A stretch of 62,344 nucleotides of DNA, counting the filler, from Dimargaris cristalligena (lineage: Eukaryota): the NCBI GenBank assembly GCA_003614675.1. It is 19 parts of 19 records of this genome, joined end to end, with 100 filler letters (N's around TTAATTAATTAA, not from the genome) between each part and the next. Parts side by side here need not be neighbours in the genome. Positions count along the whole stretch, not along the records: positions 9,950 to 13,159 come from ML004006.1; positions 13,260 to 16,466 come from ML004007.1; positions 16,567 to 19,773 come from ML004008.1; positions 19,874 to 23,079 come from ML004009.1; positions 23,180 to 26,379 come from ML004010.1; positions 26,480 to 29,677 come from ML004011.1; 13 more parts are not named here. The stretch is one strand, 5' to 3'. Of this stretch, positions 13,082 to 28,422 are shown piece after piece; within the stretch, counting starts at the first letter, position 1; each line of letters opens with the position of its first letter. Both the position numbers and the translations under genes were made by a program. The notes beneath the pieces are model-generated. The model was not told the DNA's origin, did not search any database, and saw only the letters and a program-made list of their open reading frames with translations.

Positions 13082-13957
13082 CTAAAACCAAATAATAAAA
13101 ATGGGGGGGGGGGGGGGGGGGTAAGCCAGAAACAGACAGTAATATGATGTTAATTGTGGNNNNNNNNNNNNNNNNNNNNNNNNNNNNNNNNNNNNNNNNN
13201 NNNTTAATTAATTAANNNNNNNNNNNNNNNNNNNNNNNNNNNNNNNNNNNNNNNNNNNNCCTGGGAATAAGCATATAGCGGCAGTTTTTGTGTGGGCATG
13301 GCAGGGTTGGCCCTGGTAGTATCTCCGGGCTATCTTTCATTGGAGAACTGTTTGCCTGTGGAGAGCTCTACCCCATTTGTAGGTCTACCCCTCTGGACTG
13401 TTTGGTCAATGTTGGGTACCTTTGTTGGTCCAGTAGTAACAGCAGTAAGAAGGTGGTGATTTCCAATCACTTGATGGTAATGGTGGTTGGCGGTTGGAGG
13501 TGTTGAATGGAAAGGCAGTTTTTGTAGCTGGATGAGGAAAAGTGACAAAGCAGCGGCCAATGATAGTAATGTGAGTAGTGGTAAAGAGTGGTGGGAAGTG
13601 TGCTCGGGGAACCTATGGTAACGATACCTGGTTCAGGAGGAAAACGAGTCGGGAAGGGAGGGGGGCTTCATTGCTGCACTATCAGGTCAATTATTTGCGA
13701 AAACGTAGTACATTCTTAATCTAAACAGGGTGGGATATACAATACAGAAAAAAAGTAGAAGTCAAGATATAATTGTTAGAATCCAGTATGTAATAGAATG
13801 GAACTGCTGCATTTTAATGATAAACTCATTGGAAGTCTGTGCATGACTGTAGTAGCAGTGAGAGAAAGAATCAGAATAACTACTTGGAAGCAAATAGCCA
13901 CCACCCCAGTCCTCCTTTTAAACACTCTTTCACCAACTGTAGTGTTGGCATTAGTTA

Positions 13958-14183
13958 TTACAACTGCCAAATGCCAGTGTAAAGGTCACCAATGGAGTAG
14001 TATATAAAGGGTTCATGTCCGCGCTAGTAGTAAAAATATAAACAATAAAAATGAAAAATATATACCACTTACCTTTTGCAAAACCCAATAGATGGGTTTC
14101 ACAATTGGGGCCTTGGGATCGGCCGTAGGGTAATCCCTTCTGGGCCGATTCTTGCCCTTAATTTTTAATGGAAAGAGAGTCAT
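13958..14183 (-). CDS. Putative two-exon small protein (58 aa) or truncated gene
   Basis: TATATAAATA upstream, ATG at 14183, GTAAGT donor at 14072, CTAG acceptor at 14024; spliced frame MTLFPLKIKGKNRPRRDYPTADPKAPIVKPIYWVLQK/RGHEPFIYYSIGDLYTGIWQL*. Confidence 0.4.
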
Positions 14184-15330
14184 ACAAAATTTTAATCTGA
14201 CTTTAAATGTGTATTCGAAAACTTTGGAGGTGAGGAACGGGTGTATTTATATAGTGCCAGGAGGTACCCCACCTGGTCTGTTAAAACAGGTGTATTAGTT
14301 GGGTCATAGGGGGTTCCCTTACAAGAAAAAAACATTGGTGGGTGAATTGTTGAAGTTAACCTTTAACAATGGCCGGCATAACATGATTTTCTAGTTGGTT
14401 TTTTCTTGAATTGTGTCCTCCCTTCCAATTTCAATTTAATATAATGGTAAAGACTACTGGCATGGTAGTTTGACGCATCCTAATGGCAGGTTCTCATATT
14501 TTCCCTAAAGGCAGTGACTCTTTCACCAACAATGATACTTCCCACCCATTTGGAGAAGCATTCATTACATGAATAATAATACCTTTCCCTATAGCAGTCA
14601 ATAATAATTCAGTTATTCCTGTTGATTGTTCCAACTAATTAAAGATAAGGTACAACTGTGTTATCCTAATCGTCCTTTTATTAAAGTGGTCTTCTATTCC
14701 CAATTATTGGCACCTCCGTCCATGTGCCCTATGCTTGCATTATCTAGCTAAATACAGTATAGTGGTTTCCCACCTCCTGAGTCTTGTTAATATCTAAGTA
14801 CAATGGTAATACCATTATTCCTTCAAGGAATGGCCCTAGCAGGCCCAGATTATGCGGATTAGGGGTCACCACATGTAATAAGAATGTGGCATAAAACTAA
14901 AGGACATTTTTTTATCACAGAAACTAGAATGTTCCTTAGCATAAAAATCTGGACTTGGTTTATTTTTCCCTTTTGTATAACTGTCACTTGATTTAAGATC
15001 ACTCATACAAATTGACGGGAGATGCCACAATGAATTCTACATTTCCCATTGAAAAATGCTTCAAACAATCAAGATATTCAAATTGGAATAGCTGAATGTG
15101 GGTCCTAGTATATCAGTGTTTCAAACAATATAGAAGGTTTATCACAGTTTTTTAATAACAATGGGTGGTTTAACTGGCCCCACTACACAAACCTTGGTCT
15201 TAGTAGTAACTAATAATATATGTTCAAATAGTTAACCAGGCTATTAATATCAAGTGCTTATATATGCTTTTTTAGTTGGTTGGATTCTTTGGGATGGAGG
15301 CTTTTAAGATTTCCATAATGAGTTATAATA

Positions 15331-15897
15331 TGTTGCCTGAGTTAACCACTCTTAGTCCGTTAAGAGTCGAGGGGATAGGCTTCTAACAGTAGGCAGGGCT
15401 TAGACTCGGCCAAATGGGCTACTAGCATTAGGTATGGGGCACAGTACTAACCAATAAAGGCTTAGGCGATTGGATTAATGCAAGGGACATGCAGCAGGCA
15501 CACTTACTGGTCAGTACAAGGAGGGGTGAGTGTATATAGAGTTTATTGGGTAAACTACAGGGGTAAGAATAAGCTAAGGAATCTAACTGGTCTAAAGAGG
15601 CCCAGTTATATATATGTGGGGGACTACTCTAAAGGGGAGGTCCCGAGGGGAAACTACATAACTAAGGTATTGATAAGGAAGGCTGGGTGGTCCTCATCCA
15701 AGGGAAAGCTTCCATGGGAACCAGAAGACACTGGGATCATTGGAGGAGTGAGTAGTGCAAACTCCGAGGGGTCTGGTTGGCAAGGTGATATATAATACAT
15801 GGTACCCGGGTAGGACTGGGGTGTCCAATATGGCACTATATGGCCTGCTATGATAGCAATCATCAGGACAGATTAGGTTAGATTAGAAGGGGTGACA
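15331..15897 (+). mobile_element. Family A full-length solo LTR-like copy
   Basis: TGTTGCC start and GGGTGACA end (short terminal inverted repeat); internal AATAAA and TATATA; followed by the end of a related copy to ~15980. Confidence 0.8.
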
Positions 15898-16672
15898 AGG
15901 AAGACTATATGATATAATATAGCCTAATATAGTTAGATATCTAAGCCTATAGGATTAAGGTAGATTAGATGGTTTAACATAATTAATATTAAGGGTGATC
16001 TAACTTTATATTAAATACAATTATTCTACTTTATTCTAACTTTCTAATGTAACTATTTTTACTTTAATTAGTTTTATATACAAGTAGATATGTGCTGCCG
16101 TGGGCAGCTGGCCAGAGGCCGTGTAAGCCCCAGCACATATTACTAATCCAAGAAGTAGTCATACTTTGGATGGATTCAAGGTCCCCGGACGATTGACAAG
16201 TTATTTCCATAGGAACGGTCCGGGGTCGTTAATGTTATTTTATTTCTTTATGCTAGCTGATTTTCTTTTTCTTCAGCTTTCCATACCATATTTCCATTTG
16301 CTTTTCCGTCTATTATTGATGAAGTTATAGGTCATCAAAATCAATGATGATTTTAAAACTATGACAATTAACTACCTCATATTACTACTTTTATGCTATT
16401 GATGATCCTTTATGAGCAGGGCTTGGGAATAACCAGCCTCCGGTGGATTCCTTCTTGGAATCACACNNNNNNNNNNNNNNNNNNNNNNNNNNNNNNNNNN
16501 NNNNNNNNNNTTAATTAATTAANNNNNNNNNNNNNNNNNNNNNNNNNNNNNNNNNNNNNNNNNNNNGGGGGGGGGGGGGGGGGGGGTATTGCCCAGGTAG
16601 CGAAAATGTAAATATTTAGAGAGTTGGGAGAACATCGTTGGAGATGCTTCAGGGTATGGCAATTCCCAGTCG

Positions 16673-17986
<1,314 letters not shown>

Positions 17987-19873
17987 TTAAGCTCAAGCCC
18001 CTTTGAAGCGCGGCACAAGGGGAACGAGGATATTATGGTGAAGAGTGTGTTATGCACAGGTGAGTGAGAGAGAGTACATGTAGAGCAAAAGACGAAAGGA
18101 AACGTTGAAGCAGGTCAAGCCAGTGGATAAGTAAAACTGGCCTCTTTTCTTTCTCTCTCCCCTGTTCGGACCAAAGTGCGTCATTAATATACTCGGACCC
18201 GGCAATTTTCGGAGCCATCGTTTCCTTCTCCCTCCCTTTTGCTGCTCTTGGTTTCTATCGAATGATGCTTCGTCGAGCCCTTTATCCCTTGGATAGCCTC
18301 CAGCAAGTGTGAATATTCTATTTACGCTGGACCAACGAGAACCAGAACAGCGTACAGGTATAATCATTTTCTCCATGTTAAGTGTAGCATGTGGTCAGAG
18401 AGAGAGGGGAGGGAGACCGGTGTGACGAACAGAGCAGAGCGAGTAGTTAGCCGCTGATTGAGCGAGGCGTTGTCCTTCCGCGTCCGACCTCCCCTCCCAC
18501 TCCTTATCCGGCTCATTTGATAAAAGATTAGAGTGTGAAACATATGCGGATAAAGGCGCCTTGTTTATCAATGATATCCGTTGGTATTATTATGCATTAA
18601 TCGAATCATACATCCGTGAAAAACAAAGGGAGAGCGTAGCATGAAAGGACTTGTTGGAGGTGCATCAACCAGGGGTCCCACGGACACCCAAGGGATACTA
18701 TGGAGCGGAGAGGAAAGGAGACATTCGAGAAAAAGGGGATGGAAATGGGTGGTATTGGCACAACTCGGTCGTTTTCAATGGACCGAGTAGTGTAACCACC
18801 CCCTCTTCCCCTCTTTTAGAGACCATTCATATCTATTCTCGTCGGGTAACATGTATATGTTCCTATTCTGTAGTGTGAATTCGGTATCACTCTACAGACT
18901 GTGGACTTCTGCGGAACCACAGGGGGAAACCAGCTGCATGGCTTGGACCATACAGAGTAACGGAAAGAGACAGATGTCCATCCGATAATAGCGGGTCGTC
19001 TTAAGCCGTCTCAAGCGGCAGCGCCCGTGTGGGCAAGGGCAATACTGGCCAGCAACGGTATTAAGCAGAATGGTTCGGCCCCGCCCGGGAAACCGACCTG
19101 AACCTCTTTCCTTCCCAACTACCGTGTGTGAAATCCACACATAAACACCGCCCTCAATAATTGGGCATGTGTGGTAGGTACTGTAGAGACATGGGCATTT
19201 TCAACGATACCCGAGTGTATCTCTCGGCTATCTTCGGGCTTCCGGACAACCCAAGTGTTTGAAATGACTGTTAAGTAAAAGGTATGGCAGTTTAAGGGCA
19301 CTGCTTTTACAATACACATGGATAGGAATTAATAAAAGCCAAACGGGTGTATAGGCTTGCGGTATAGTGTATTTGATAAAAGAATACCGACCAAACATAT
19401 GGCCAGTTCCACTACGCAGATCGATTAGCTATATTACGAATATACATTATTTCGGGTATGCGTCTCTATAGTTTAGCAGGCCTGTTTGCTTGGCAAACTG
19501 ATACATAGTTTTCACCAGCACATATATTCTAATTAGGGGTGCAGTGGGCATAGGTGAAGGCCGGGAAATGCTGCAGGTCGAATAGCTCGCCAAATACGAG
19601 ACGGCACATTTGGCACTAAAGGAGGGCTGGGAAATCAATAGTGGCCAATCAGCCAAGTATAATTCCAGGCCGAGTGGGGCTCTGTCGATATACGGGTTTT
19701 GCAAAAGGGAGAACGCCCTGTCGGTAGTACAGGTAGGGGGATACCAGAAGTACATTAATCGGCACAGATGATANNNNNNNNNNNNNNNNNNNNNNNNNNN
19801 NNNNNNNNNNNNNNNNNTTAATTAATTAANNNNNNNNNNNNNNNNNNNNNNNNNNNNNNNNNNNNNNNNNNNN

Positions 19874-20268
19874 CCGCTTTGGTGAACTACGGCGTCGGTG
19901 CCCCTCTCCCCACTGCCAGCACTACCACCTTCTCCTTCACCGGCAACGACTTCCCCGCCGTGGTGTTCCGTCTCCAGCACCCCGTCCGTCGCGTGCGCAT
20001 CCGCATCGCCAACGCCTCTACTCCCACTTCAATTCACGGAATTGTAAGCGAGAACCACTACCTCTTCCTTCAGCGTCATCTGGACTCCCTGGGCCAGAAT
20101 GTCTATACGTATCGCTGGAACGGTCAACTGTACTACTCCGATAAGCCGACCGAGGTTTTCAATGCACCTAATCGGGACTTTGTGCTGCTGTTCTACTTCT
20201 ACTCTGTCTTCCAGGAATCGAGCCCAGTGATCTACTATAGCCCGGTCATCAGAGTGAAGCGCGGTTAA
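19874..20268 (+). CDS. 3' end of a coding gene, probably the C-terminal beta domain of a large S8 subtilisin
   Basis: GC3-rich open frame from the contig edge; YRWNG...F.L.....F......Y.SP.I.V.R resembles the C-termini of fungal PA/Fn3-type subtilases; no catalytic motif is in view. Confidence 0.5.
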
Positions 20269-21695
20269 ATTTCGAAGAATGCAGGAAGTTTTAAGAGGCA
20301 AATGATTTTTAGGTGTTTAGGAGTTGTTGAGCGACTTCAGTTCACTGTCATTCGTTTTTTGATTTCTGACTACTGTCCATTGATTTCATAGTGGGGGGGG
20401 GGTGCGTAACCATTGTCGTTATCTATTTCTATTCTTTTTATCAATTACTGTTAGCGGTCAAGAGGTACACTCGACCGCCATCGATGTGTCTGTTATAACC
20501 ATAAATAATATTAATATTGAAACTAGCCGTGAAAAGCAATCACCCATAAGTATAACAAGGCAGAACATGCACTTATTTTGGGCAGGTTAATATTCAATTC
20601 GATGTTGGTTAATTACAGGGTATTTCATAATGTCTAGATTTTGGATTTCCGTGGGCCAATGGTACAAATGTGAAGGTGGGAATTAGGAATACTCCAGCCT
20701 AGGTCTTACTAAAAAAAAAGAAATGGTCCACAAGTAGTCCGAGAATTGATAAGATATATACGCATCTAAAAATGCCCAGAGAGAACAGTTATTTACGGAA
20801 ATGCGATATTATATTATTTCTTCTTTCCTTTTGATGATAGTAACATTTGCTAGTAAGGTTTAATCCCAAAACAGGTCTAATAGACGCGTGGTGAAATTCT
20901 ATAGTGGTACCTAAAATGCACGCAAGTAACCTCTGGTTCTCCTTGGAGTCATCCAGATACTGACAGCTACCGTCCCGGGAAATTTCTACTATTCCTGAAT
21001 GCCCCATTAATATTACCCCCCTGTATAAATAACTCTTCAGGTTGCCACATATTTATTCTTTAGCCTATTTTTTTCCAATTATACCACCCAACCTTTGTAT
21101 ATGCTTACCACTGGTGAGCACCCGTCCTGTAGGTACTCTTACATTGATAGATCAATTTTTCTGTTCCCTACATAGCAATGCTAGTCCAGAAGGCACCCGG
21201 TGCTTCATTTATAGGACGCCTACCCTTACGAGCTCTAATTCAATATCAGTATCGCTAACCACTGCGATATGGATGGTTGGCACTAAATTTACTGTTTAAC
21301 TAACAGTCATCAATAAATCATGAGAACTAGCGATGGTCAGAGGACAATCAAGGCAAAAAAAGAATTGACCAGACATATTCAATGAATACTGTCAGTTAAA
21401 TGAATTTGCTGGATTCAACAAGAATATCTATAGTGTAAAAAATAAAATATGTATGGTAGCTATATGTCATTATGTGTGCCTTTTGGAAAGCTTACCACAA
21501 CTCTGCCATTGGAACCAGCATAATTTTCTTTAGTCTAATTCTGACATTTAGTAATATCCAGAAAATAAAACCACACAATGTGTGTGTCATTGCAGCCTTT
21601 TTTACCTGTCAATGGATTTCTTTAAATATAACCATACAACCCAACAGTAGCTGACTATAACAGTTGTATAACCTACATATTTCCCTTACCTATAT

Positions 21696-22284
21696 TGTTA
21701 CCCAGGTTTACCACTCTTAGTCAGTCAAGAGTCCCAGGGATAGGCTTCTAATAGTAGGTGGGGCTTAGACTTGGCCAAGCAGGCTACTAGCATTAGGTAT
21801 GGGGTATAGTATTAACCAATAAAGGCTTTAAGTGATTGGTTATGCAAGGGATGTGCAGTGGGCACATTTACTGGTCAGTATAAGGGGAGTGAGTATATAT
21901 AGTATATATTAGGGGTAAACTGAGGGGTAAAAGTAAGCTAAGGTATCTAACCAGTCCCAAGTGGGCCCAGTTATATATACATAGGGACAATTCCAGAGGG
22001 AGGTCCCAAGGGAAGACTATGGGTAACTAAGGTATATAGTGAGAATAGGCCAACTGGACAGCTACTAGTATCTGGAAGACTCTTAGGGTAACCAGAAGAG
22101 TCCTCAGATCAGCACACTGAGTGATTAGTATGAAGAGCTGAAGTCCAGAAAGGGAAGGGTTATGTGATATAGGGTAATCCCATAGTACCAAGGGTGACTA
22201 TGGGAAGGTTAATATAGTGCTATAAGGCCTAATAAGGGCAGACAATTGTTATGTCCAGATTAAGTCAGATTAGGAGGGCTGATA
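21696..22284 (+). mobile_element. Family A solo LTR-like copy
   Basis: TGTTACCCAGGTTTACCACTCTTAG start, GGGCTGATA end (CA changed to TA); flanks TATAT/AATAT may be a decayed 5-bp target-site duplication. Confidence 0.8.
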
Positions 22285-23179
22285 AATATTACTACCTCCC
22301 TTTAGATTTAACATCAACATATTCAAGCTCTAGGTTATTTTTTTCAATAATGGAAACTAACAACCCTGGGTCAGGTTCACTTAAATGGCCAATAGAGGTC
22401 ACCCACAATCCAATAGAGGGGCTATATAGAATTATAGTTACCTACTTAATGACAGGAAAAGAAGATAATATTAATAGGCTTACTCTTAATATTATTGATA
22501 TTATTAATCAAACTCTTAATAACAGATGCCATATCCACAGTAAACACCCTAACTATACTAACTAATTCCCCATTCTAATACTAGATTACAGGGGATTAAT
22601 AAGCATCCAAACAGCATCAGAAGTATACACAAAGTGTTAAATATATTAAACCTAACTATTAATTTGAGGGCAAACACAATTAGGTATTTATAATAAAGTT
22701 ACTTGAAGAGTTTATTGGTGTTGGATTATGGGTTGTATTGGGTGTTTGCCCCATCATCTGAGTATAGAAGCAGTACCATGTATGCAATTAAGTTGCAGTC
22801 AAGGATAAACTTTTTCAGAATGTGATACCAATAGTGTAGTACTGAGACCCAGTGGACCGGTTAGGTTGGGGATTATATCATGAGGGGAAAAAGCCGGGAA
22901 AATCAGCAGGAGGTTCGAACTACTATCAGGGATCTCATTATTGGCAGATTGTAGTGGAGCCAACAGTGGGGTTGTAGAAGCGCTTTGCAGTGAGAAAGAC
23001 ATTGTGGTTTTTTACAAATTTATTTACTAAAAAGAAATAGAGCAATATGAAAATAATAGACTAAGTGAAATATAAGAGCNNNNNNNNNNNNNNNNNNNNN
23101 NNNNNNNNNNNNNNNNNNNNNNNTTAATTAATTAANNNNNNNNNNNNNNNNNNNNNNNNNNNNNNNNNNNNNNNNNNNN

Positions 23180-23581
23180 ACACTTACTAGTCAGTATGAA
23201 GGGGTGAGTATATATAGAGTTTATTGAGGGTAAATTAAGGGGGGTAAGAATAAGCTAAAGTATTAACTGGTCCCCATGGGGGGCCCGGTTATATATACGC
23301 AGGGGACTACTCCAAGGGAGGTTCCGAGGGGAAACTACATAACTAAGATAATGATAGGGAGGGCTGGGTGGTCCTCGTATAAGCGGAGGCTTCTATGGGA
23401 ACTGGAAGATACTAAGATCACCTAGGAGTGAGTAGTGCGAACTCCGGGGGGGGGTCCGACTGGTAAGATGATATATATGATGTCCGGCCCCATTAGGACT
23501 GGGGGTACACTATGGCACTATATGGCCTGCTATGACGGCAATCATTAGTGGATGGATTAGGTCGGATTAGGAGGGGCGACA
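23180..23581 (+). mobile_element. Family A, 3' partial copy
   Basis: Aligns by eye to 15501-15897; ends GGGGCGACA. Confidence 0.8.
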
Positions 23582-25424
23582 CTGACATTATTCTTTTTAA
23601 TATCAATGTTGTGTTTTTGGTAAAAATGAAGACGTGAATTAAAAGCCAAAGGGGCTAATAGTGGGCATTTATAATCTCCCTATACATGTAAAATACTGTA
23701 GACGAGCTGTATTTATCCATTTATTTAATACTATAGCGTCATTTTATTTAGCGGCTCACTTATGGTCAATTCAAACATTCACCCAATACCATTGTTGTCC
23801 AATGGCGATTATTATCCACTTGCTGGTTTAGATCATTAAATGATGAATATCTGTAAACCTTGGGACTCTTGATACACTATATACATGTGATTGCCGCCAT
23901 TTCCCACATTATCAATGCATTTGTCACCCCGGATGGCCAAAAGATGGTGCATTTTGGCCAAGTTGAATATTCATTGTATAAACAATTCCGTTGTATCATC
24001 AAGAGGCACCTATGATAGGAATACATGAAGCACTACTTTTTCCAGTCCCCGTGTGCAGTAGTCCCCTACGGGGTTATGTTTGACTAGTATACCAAATTTG
24101 AATACTGTTTGTAACTCTTGCCTACTAGTAACCTAGGAAATGTAATGACTGGCGGCCTATTGAATTCACTCTATGCGATAAAAAATTGACAAAGTCATAA
24201 TATTATTAACGAATGTTCAATATTCAACCAACCCCTTTGTTTCCATTGTGCGTAGCCCAATATTAAGACTAGATAGCTTATTTTTTCTTTGAAGGGTCGG
24301 GGATACTCCTTGGGCTTACATTGTATTTGTCCTTGCTGAAGCCGCTAAAAACCCTAAGATGTCTAGAAAATAACCAAAAGGTACACCTGTTGATATTTTT
24401 CTGTGATTTAGCCATTATTACCAGATTTAATTCGATAGCTGGAATGTGAGATGTCATGGTCTGTCAAAAGACAAAACCATTCCGATAGGCAATTTTGAAA
24501 TGGCGCTTGGTGCCAACCAAGCCAACTCCATGATGTAATCGGTATAGGTATTATAATCTTATATGAGACAACCTACTCTACCTCGAATATCAGATCCGCT
24601 ATATTTTGGGATGATTGTCAGTCGAGCCTTGTGCGATAAACAGGGTTTACATTTGCAATGGCTGCATAACCAGACATTACAGACATACCAACAGTCATAA
24701 TGGCAAAGTATCAAACAATAGGATTAGATTTTGAATTTGATGACCTACTAGGGGTTAGCAGGGTACTTTCTCTTCCACGGGCCGTCTTACTGGGAATGGC
24801 CACTAAACCAATTTATTTACAAACTCCAACCACCAGTTAAATAATGACATTACAATATCCAAGTGGAAATTTATTTTTATGTAGTGCAATTGGTGTAGTC
24901 TATAGAACATACAATATTTTTGCACAATTTTTATAGACCTTGAAGTGGACAGTGTCCCTGGGAAAAGGCAATTCATCTAAACTACCTGGTGATATTCAAA
25001 ATCTACTAGTCATAGGAAATTGGAAGGACCGGCCCTTCTCTGGCTACTGTCATCATAGATCTATAATTTTATCAGATTCCGAGCCTGGATACCACTCTTT
25101 TACTATTCCATTATGTGTATATCTGGCCTGACAATACAGATTCTAGAAAAATAGGCAGCAAGAATAAACAAGTCAGGTAGTCCATCCAGCACTAATGAAG
25201 ATGCGCCCCACCACTAGTAATTGTTTTGGGTGGTTGTGTCATATACATAGTCTAACCCAAACATTTTGTCACTAGTGCTCTAAAATAAAAACTGTATAAG
25301 AGATATACATTTTTTCTTCTGTTTATTCAAAATAAGATCCCTTTTTATTCATACACTGCTGGAATCGCCTAAACAATGAGTGGAAGCAGTTTAGAAACCC
25401 ATCCTTCAAGATACCTACTAGGCC

Positions 25425-26379
25425 ACCTAATCCATCTTAATACTATCAACCTGGATGTCTAACTATATCTGGCCATATTATACTATATTAGTCTTCCTGT
25501 GATACATCCTGCACTATGGGATTAAGCCTTATCAGATAAGCTTTTCCTGGCCAACCCCCATACTTCACATGAATCACTCAGGTACTGATCAAAAGATTAT
25601 TCTAGTTACCTTCAAGTCTTCCAGATACCCACAGTATGTCCAGCCTCTTATCCTAATGATACTTCCATTTAGCCAAACCCTTATCTTGGGACCTCCCTCT
25701 GGAGCTGCCTATGCATATATATAACTGGGCCCCATTAAGACCAGTTCAGGCTGGCAGCTTATTCTTATTTCCCTGGGTTTCCCTAATAAACCCTATATAT
25801 ACTTACTCCCCCTTGTACTGACTAGAAAGTGTACCTACCACAAATCCCTTATGTAGTGCCATCTGGTATACTATGATTGATTTCTAACAGTTATAATAAT
25901 CTCCTATACATAGTTCATTTATCAGTAATATATTTTGTCAGCCCTCCTAATCCAACCTAAATCTGGACTTAGTGATCATCCATCCCTATTAGGCCTTATA
26001 GTACCATATTTACCCTCCCATAGTCACCCCTGGTAATATGGGATCCTCTTATATCATATAACCCTTCCACTTCCGGATATCAGAGTTCCATTAATTACTC
26101 TCAGGCTGATCGAACAACTCTTCCAATTCCCAGTGGAGTCTTTCATACCCTTGCACCATCTGGCTAGCCTCTATCTAGTAGTATTTCTAGTAGTATCCTC
26201 CTTTAGGGACCTCCCCTTAGAGTAGTCCCCTGCATATATATAACCAGCCCCCACTGGGACCAGTTAAACATCATCTTATATCTTACCCCCCTAGTTTATC
26301 TCAATAAACTCTATATATGCTCATCCCTTTGTACTAACTAGTAAATGTGCTGCTGCACATCCCTTGCATATGCCAATAC
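25425..26379 (-). mobile_element. Two adjacent family A copies (~25425-25855 and 25936-26379)
   Basis: Reverse-complement blocks such as GGGACCTCCC, ATATATATAAC and TGTACTGACTAG recur twice; TGTCAGCCCTCCTAATCC at 25936 is the reversed 3' end. Confidence 0.75.
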
Positions 26380-26728
26380 NNNNNNNNNNNNNNNNNNNNN
26401 NNNNNNNNNNNNNNNNNNNNNNNTTAATTAATTAANNNNNNNNNNNNNNNNNNNNNNNNNNNNNNNNNNNNNNNNNNNNGTACTAAATTGGCTGATCAGA
26501 GCTTATCTTCGCAGATCTAACGGGAACCGGAGCATATTTTGCCATATGGCAACAACGGAAAAATTTAATATAAAGCTGGTTAAATTTTTAATAAAAAAAT
26601 TTTTTTTATTTTATATTTAAATAATTTTTAATTATATTAAATTATATAATATTATTTTTAGTTTATATATTTTATTTTTATAATAATAATTTATATTTTA
26701 TTTTTTTTTTATAAAAAAAAATTTTTAT

Positions 26729-26799
26729 GCGAGTATATGTTAATGGCAAACTCACCCGCTTCCAACGGGTTATTATAGGTTCAAGTCCTATTACTCGCA
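26729..26799 (+). tRNA. trnG: Mitochondrial tRNA-Gly(TCC)
   Basis: Acceptor GCGAGTA/TACTCGC; anticodon arm ACCCG-CTTCCAA-CGGGT; T-arm ATAGG-TTCAAGT-CCTAT. Confidence 0.93.
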
Positions 26800-26845
26800 T
26801 TAAAAAAATTTTAACTCCTTCGGAGTTGAATATTAATTTTACAAA

Positions 26846-26918
26846 AGGAGTTTAGCTTAATTGGTAGAGCACTAATCTTACAAATTAGCATATATAGGTT
26901 CGAATCCTATATCTCCTA
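26846..26918 (+). tRNA. trnV: Mitochondrial tRNA-Val(TAC)
   Basis: Acceptor AGGAGTT/ATCTCCT with one mismatch; anticodon arm CTAAT-CTTACAA-ATTAG; T-arm ATAGG-TTCGAAT-CCTAT. Confidence 0.93.
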
Positions 26919-28422
26919 AAAAATAAACTTTAAATAATTTATTTTATAATGATAATAAATATTAGATTTTTACAAAGCCTTGAAAATATAGTAATTTTAA
27001 TTAGTTATAAAATACTATATATTTTTAATACAAAAAAGTGTGAAATACTAATAATGTTATAAGAATTTTTTTATAAAAAAAATTTTTATATATCTTTTAA
27101 AATATTTAATGTAAAACATATGATTTTAAATTGTGGTAAATGTTTTAATTTTTATTATAAGTAATGTACATCTATAAGCTATCTTATAAACGTAGTAATT
27201 CTTTATTAATTTAAAGAGAAATTATTATATATTATTTTAAATAAATTAACAGTTATATCTCTTTTAGATTTGATTTCTTTTTAATAATTTGGTTAGATGA
27301 ATTATTATAGTTTTTTTAAAATTAAAATAGGGTAAATTTCTCTATTTAATATGGAAAATTATGGTATAATAAGTATTAAATATATTCTTTTATATGTTAT
27401 TAATTTTTTAATCATTGTTTTAACACTTATTATTAAACCTTGTATGGTGTTGATATTTAATCTTGAATATGGATGTAAGAGAATGGTAAAAATAGGTATT
27501 AAGCTACTTTTAAAAATGATCTTTTTTATAATCTATACAATAAAATTCACTTTTAATGATTTAAATTCTTATTATTTTATTTAAATGTTTACTTCTATTC
27601 CAGAACCTACGGTTCTTAAATGAATTTGATAACTTTCTATTTTTTCTTATTAAGATTGAAAAAATTATTATGATTTTTATCTTATTTTAACTCAAAATTT
27701 AATTAAATTGAAATTAAAAAATCATATGGAAGTTTACAGTTAACATTATTATGAATTTTTAAATATGTATATTGGTTGATATCCATACTAGTAGTGTTAG
27801 TGTTAATATTAATGGAATGAATTAGGGAATAACTTTCTTAGATTCTTTCAGAATCTTCATTAACTTTTTTTATTAAAAATATTTTTTTTGCTAATATTAA
27901 AGTGAATGAAGAAAAAAACAGATAAAAATATTTCTTATGATAATATTATTCAATTTTTAGTACTAAATTTAGTAAATTTCTTAATTAGATAAAATATTTT
28001 TCTTTTAGATAAAGATTTTATTTATTTATTGGTTAATATTTAAAATTAAATTCATCAGAATACCAATACATTTTAAATTGAATACACTATTGGATGAGAT
28101 AAAAAATCTTCTCCGGAAGTTTTTAACCTAAGTACAAATTCTAAGTGTAGGTAAAATCCCAGTTTAATTGAACTTATGAAAATTTGAATAATAAAGATAG
28201 TTAATTGGACTGTAAATAATATACGATCGTAATGGTAAAGTGATAATTATATAGTTACATTAAGATAAGTGCATATTCAAGTTTATAACTAAAATAATTA
28301 CTATAGTGATGATAAAAATGATAAACAGAGTTGTTAACTTCTTTTTAAACTAGTTAAATATATAATTATATTTTATTAATTTTTCTATTGTACTTATTAA
28401 ATTTTATTTTTATGTTAATACT

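Noticed and set aside
16129-16150. U6 snRNA (CAGCACATAT..ACTAA resemblance)
   Set aside because: The ACAGAGA box and downstream U6 core are absent.
26846-26918. 5' tRNA editing suggested by the acceptor-stem mismatch in trnV
   Set aside because: The mismatch is at pair 6, whereas known fungal mitochondrial 5' editing affects positions 1-3.
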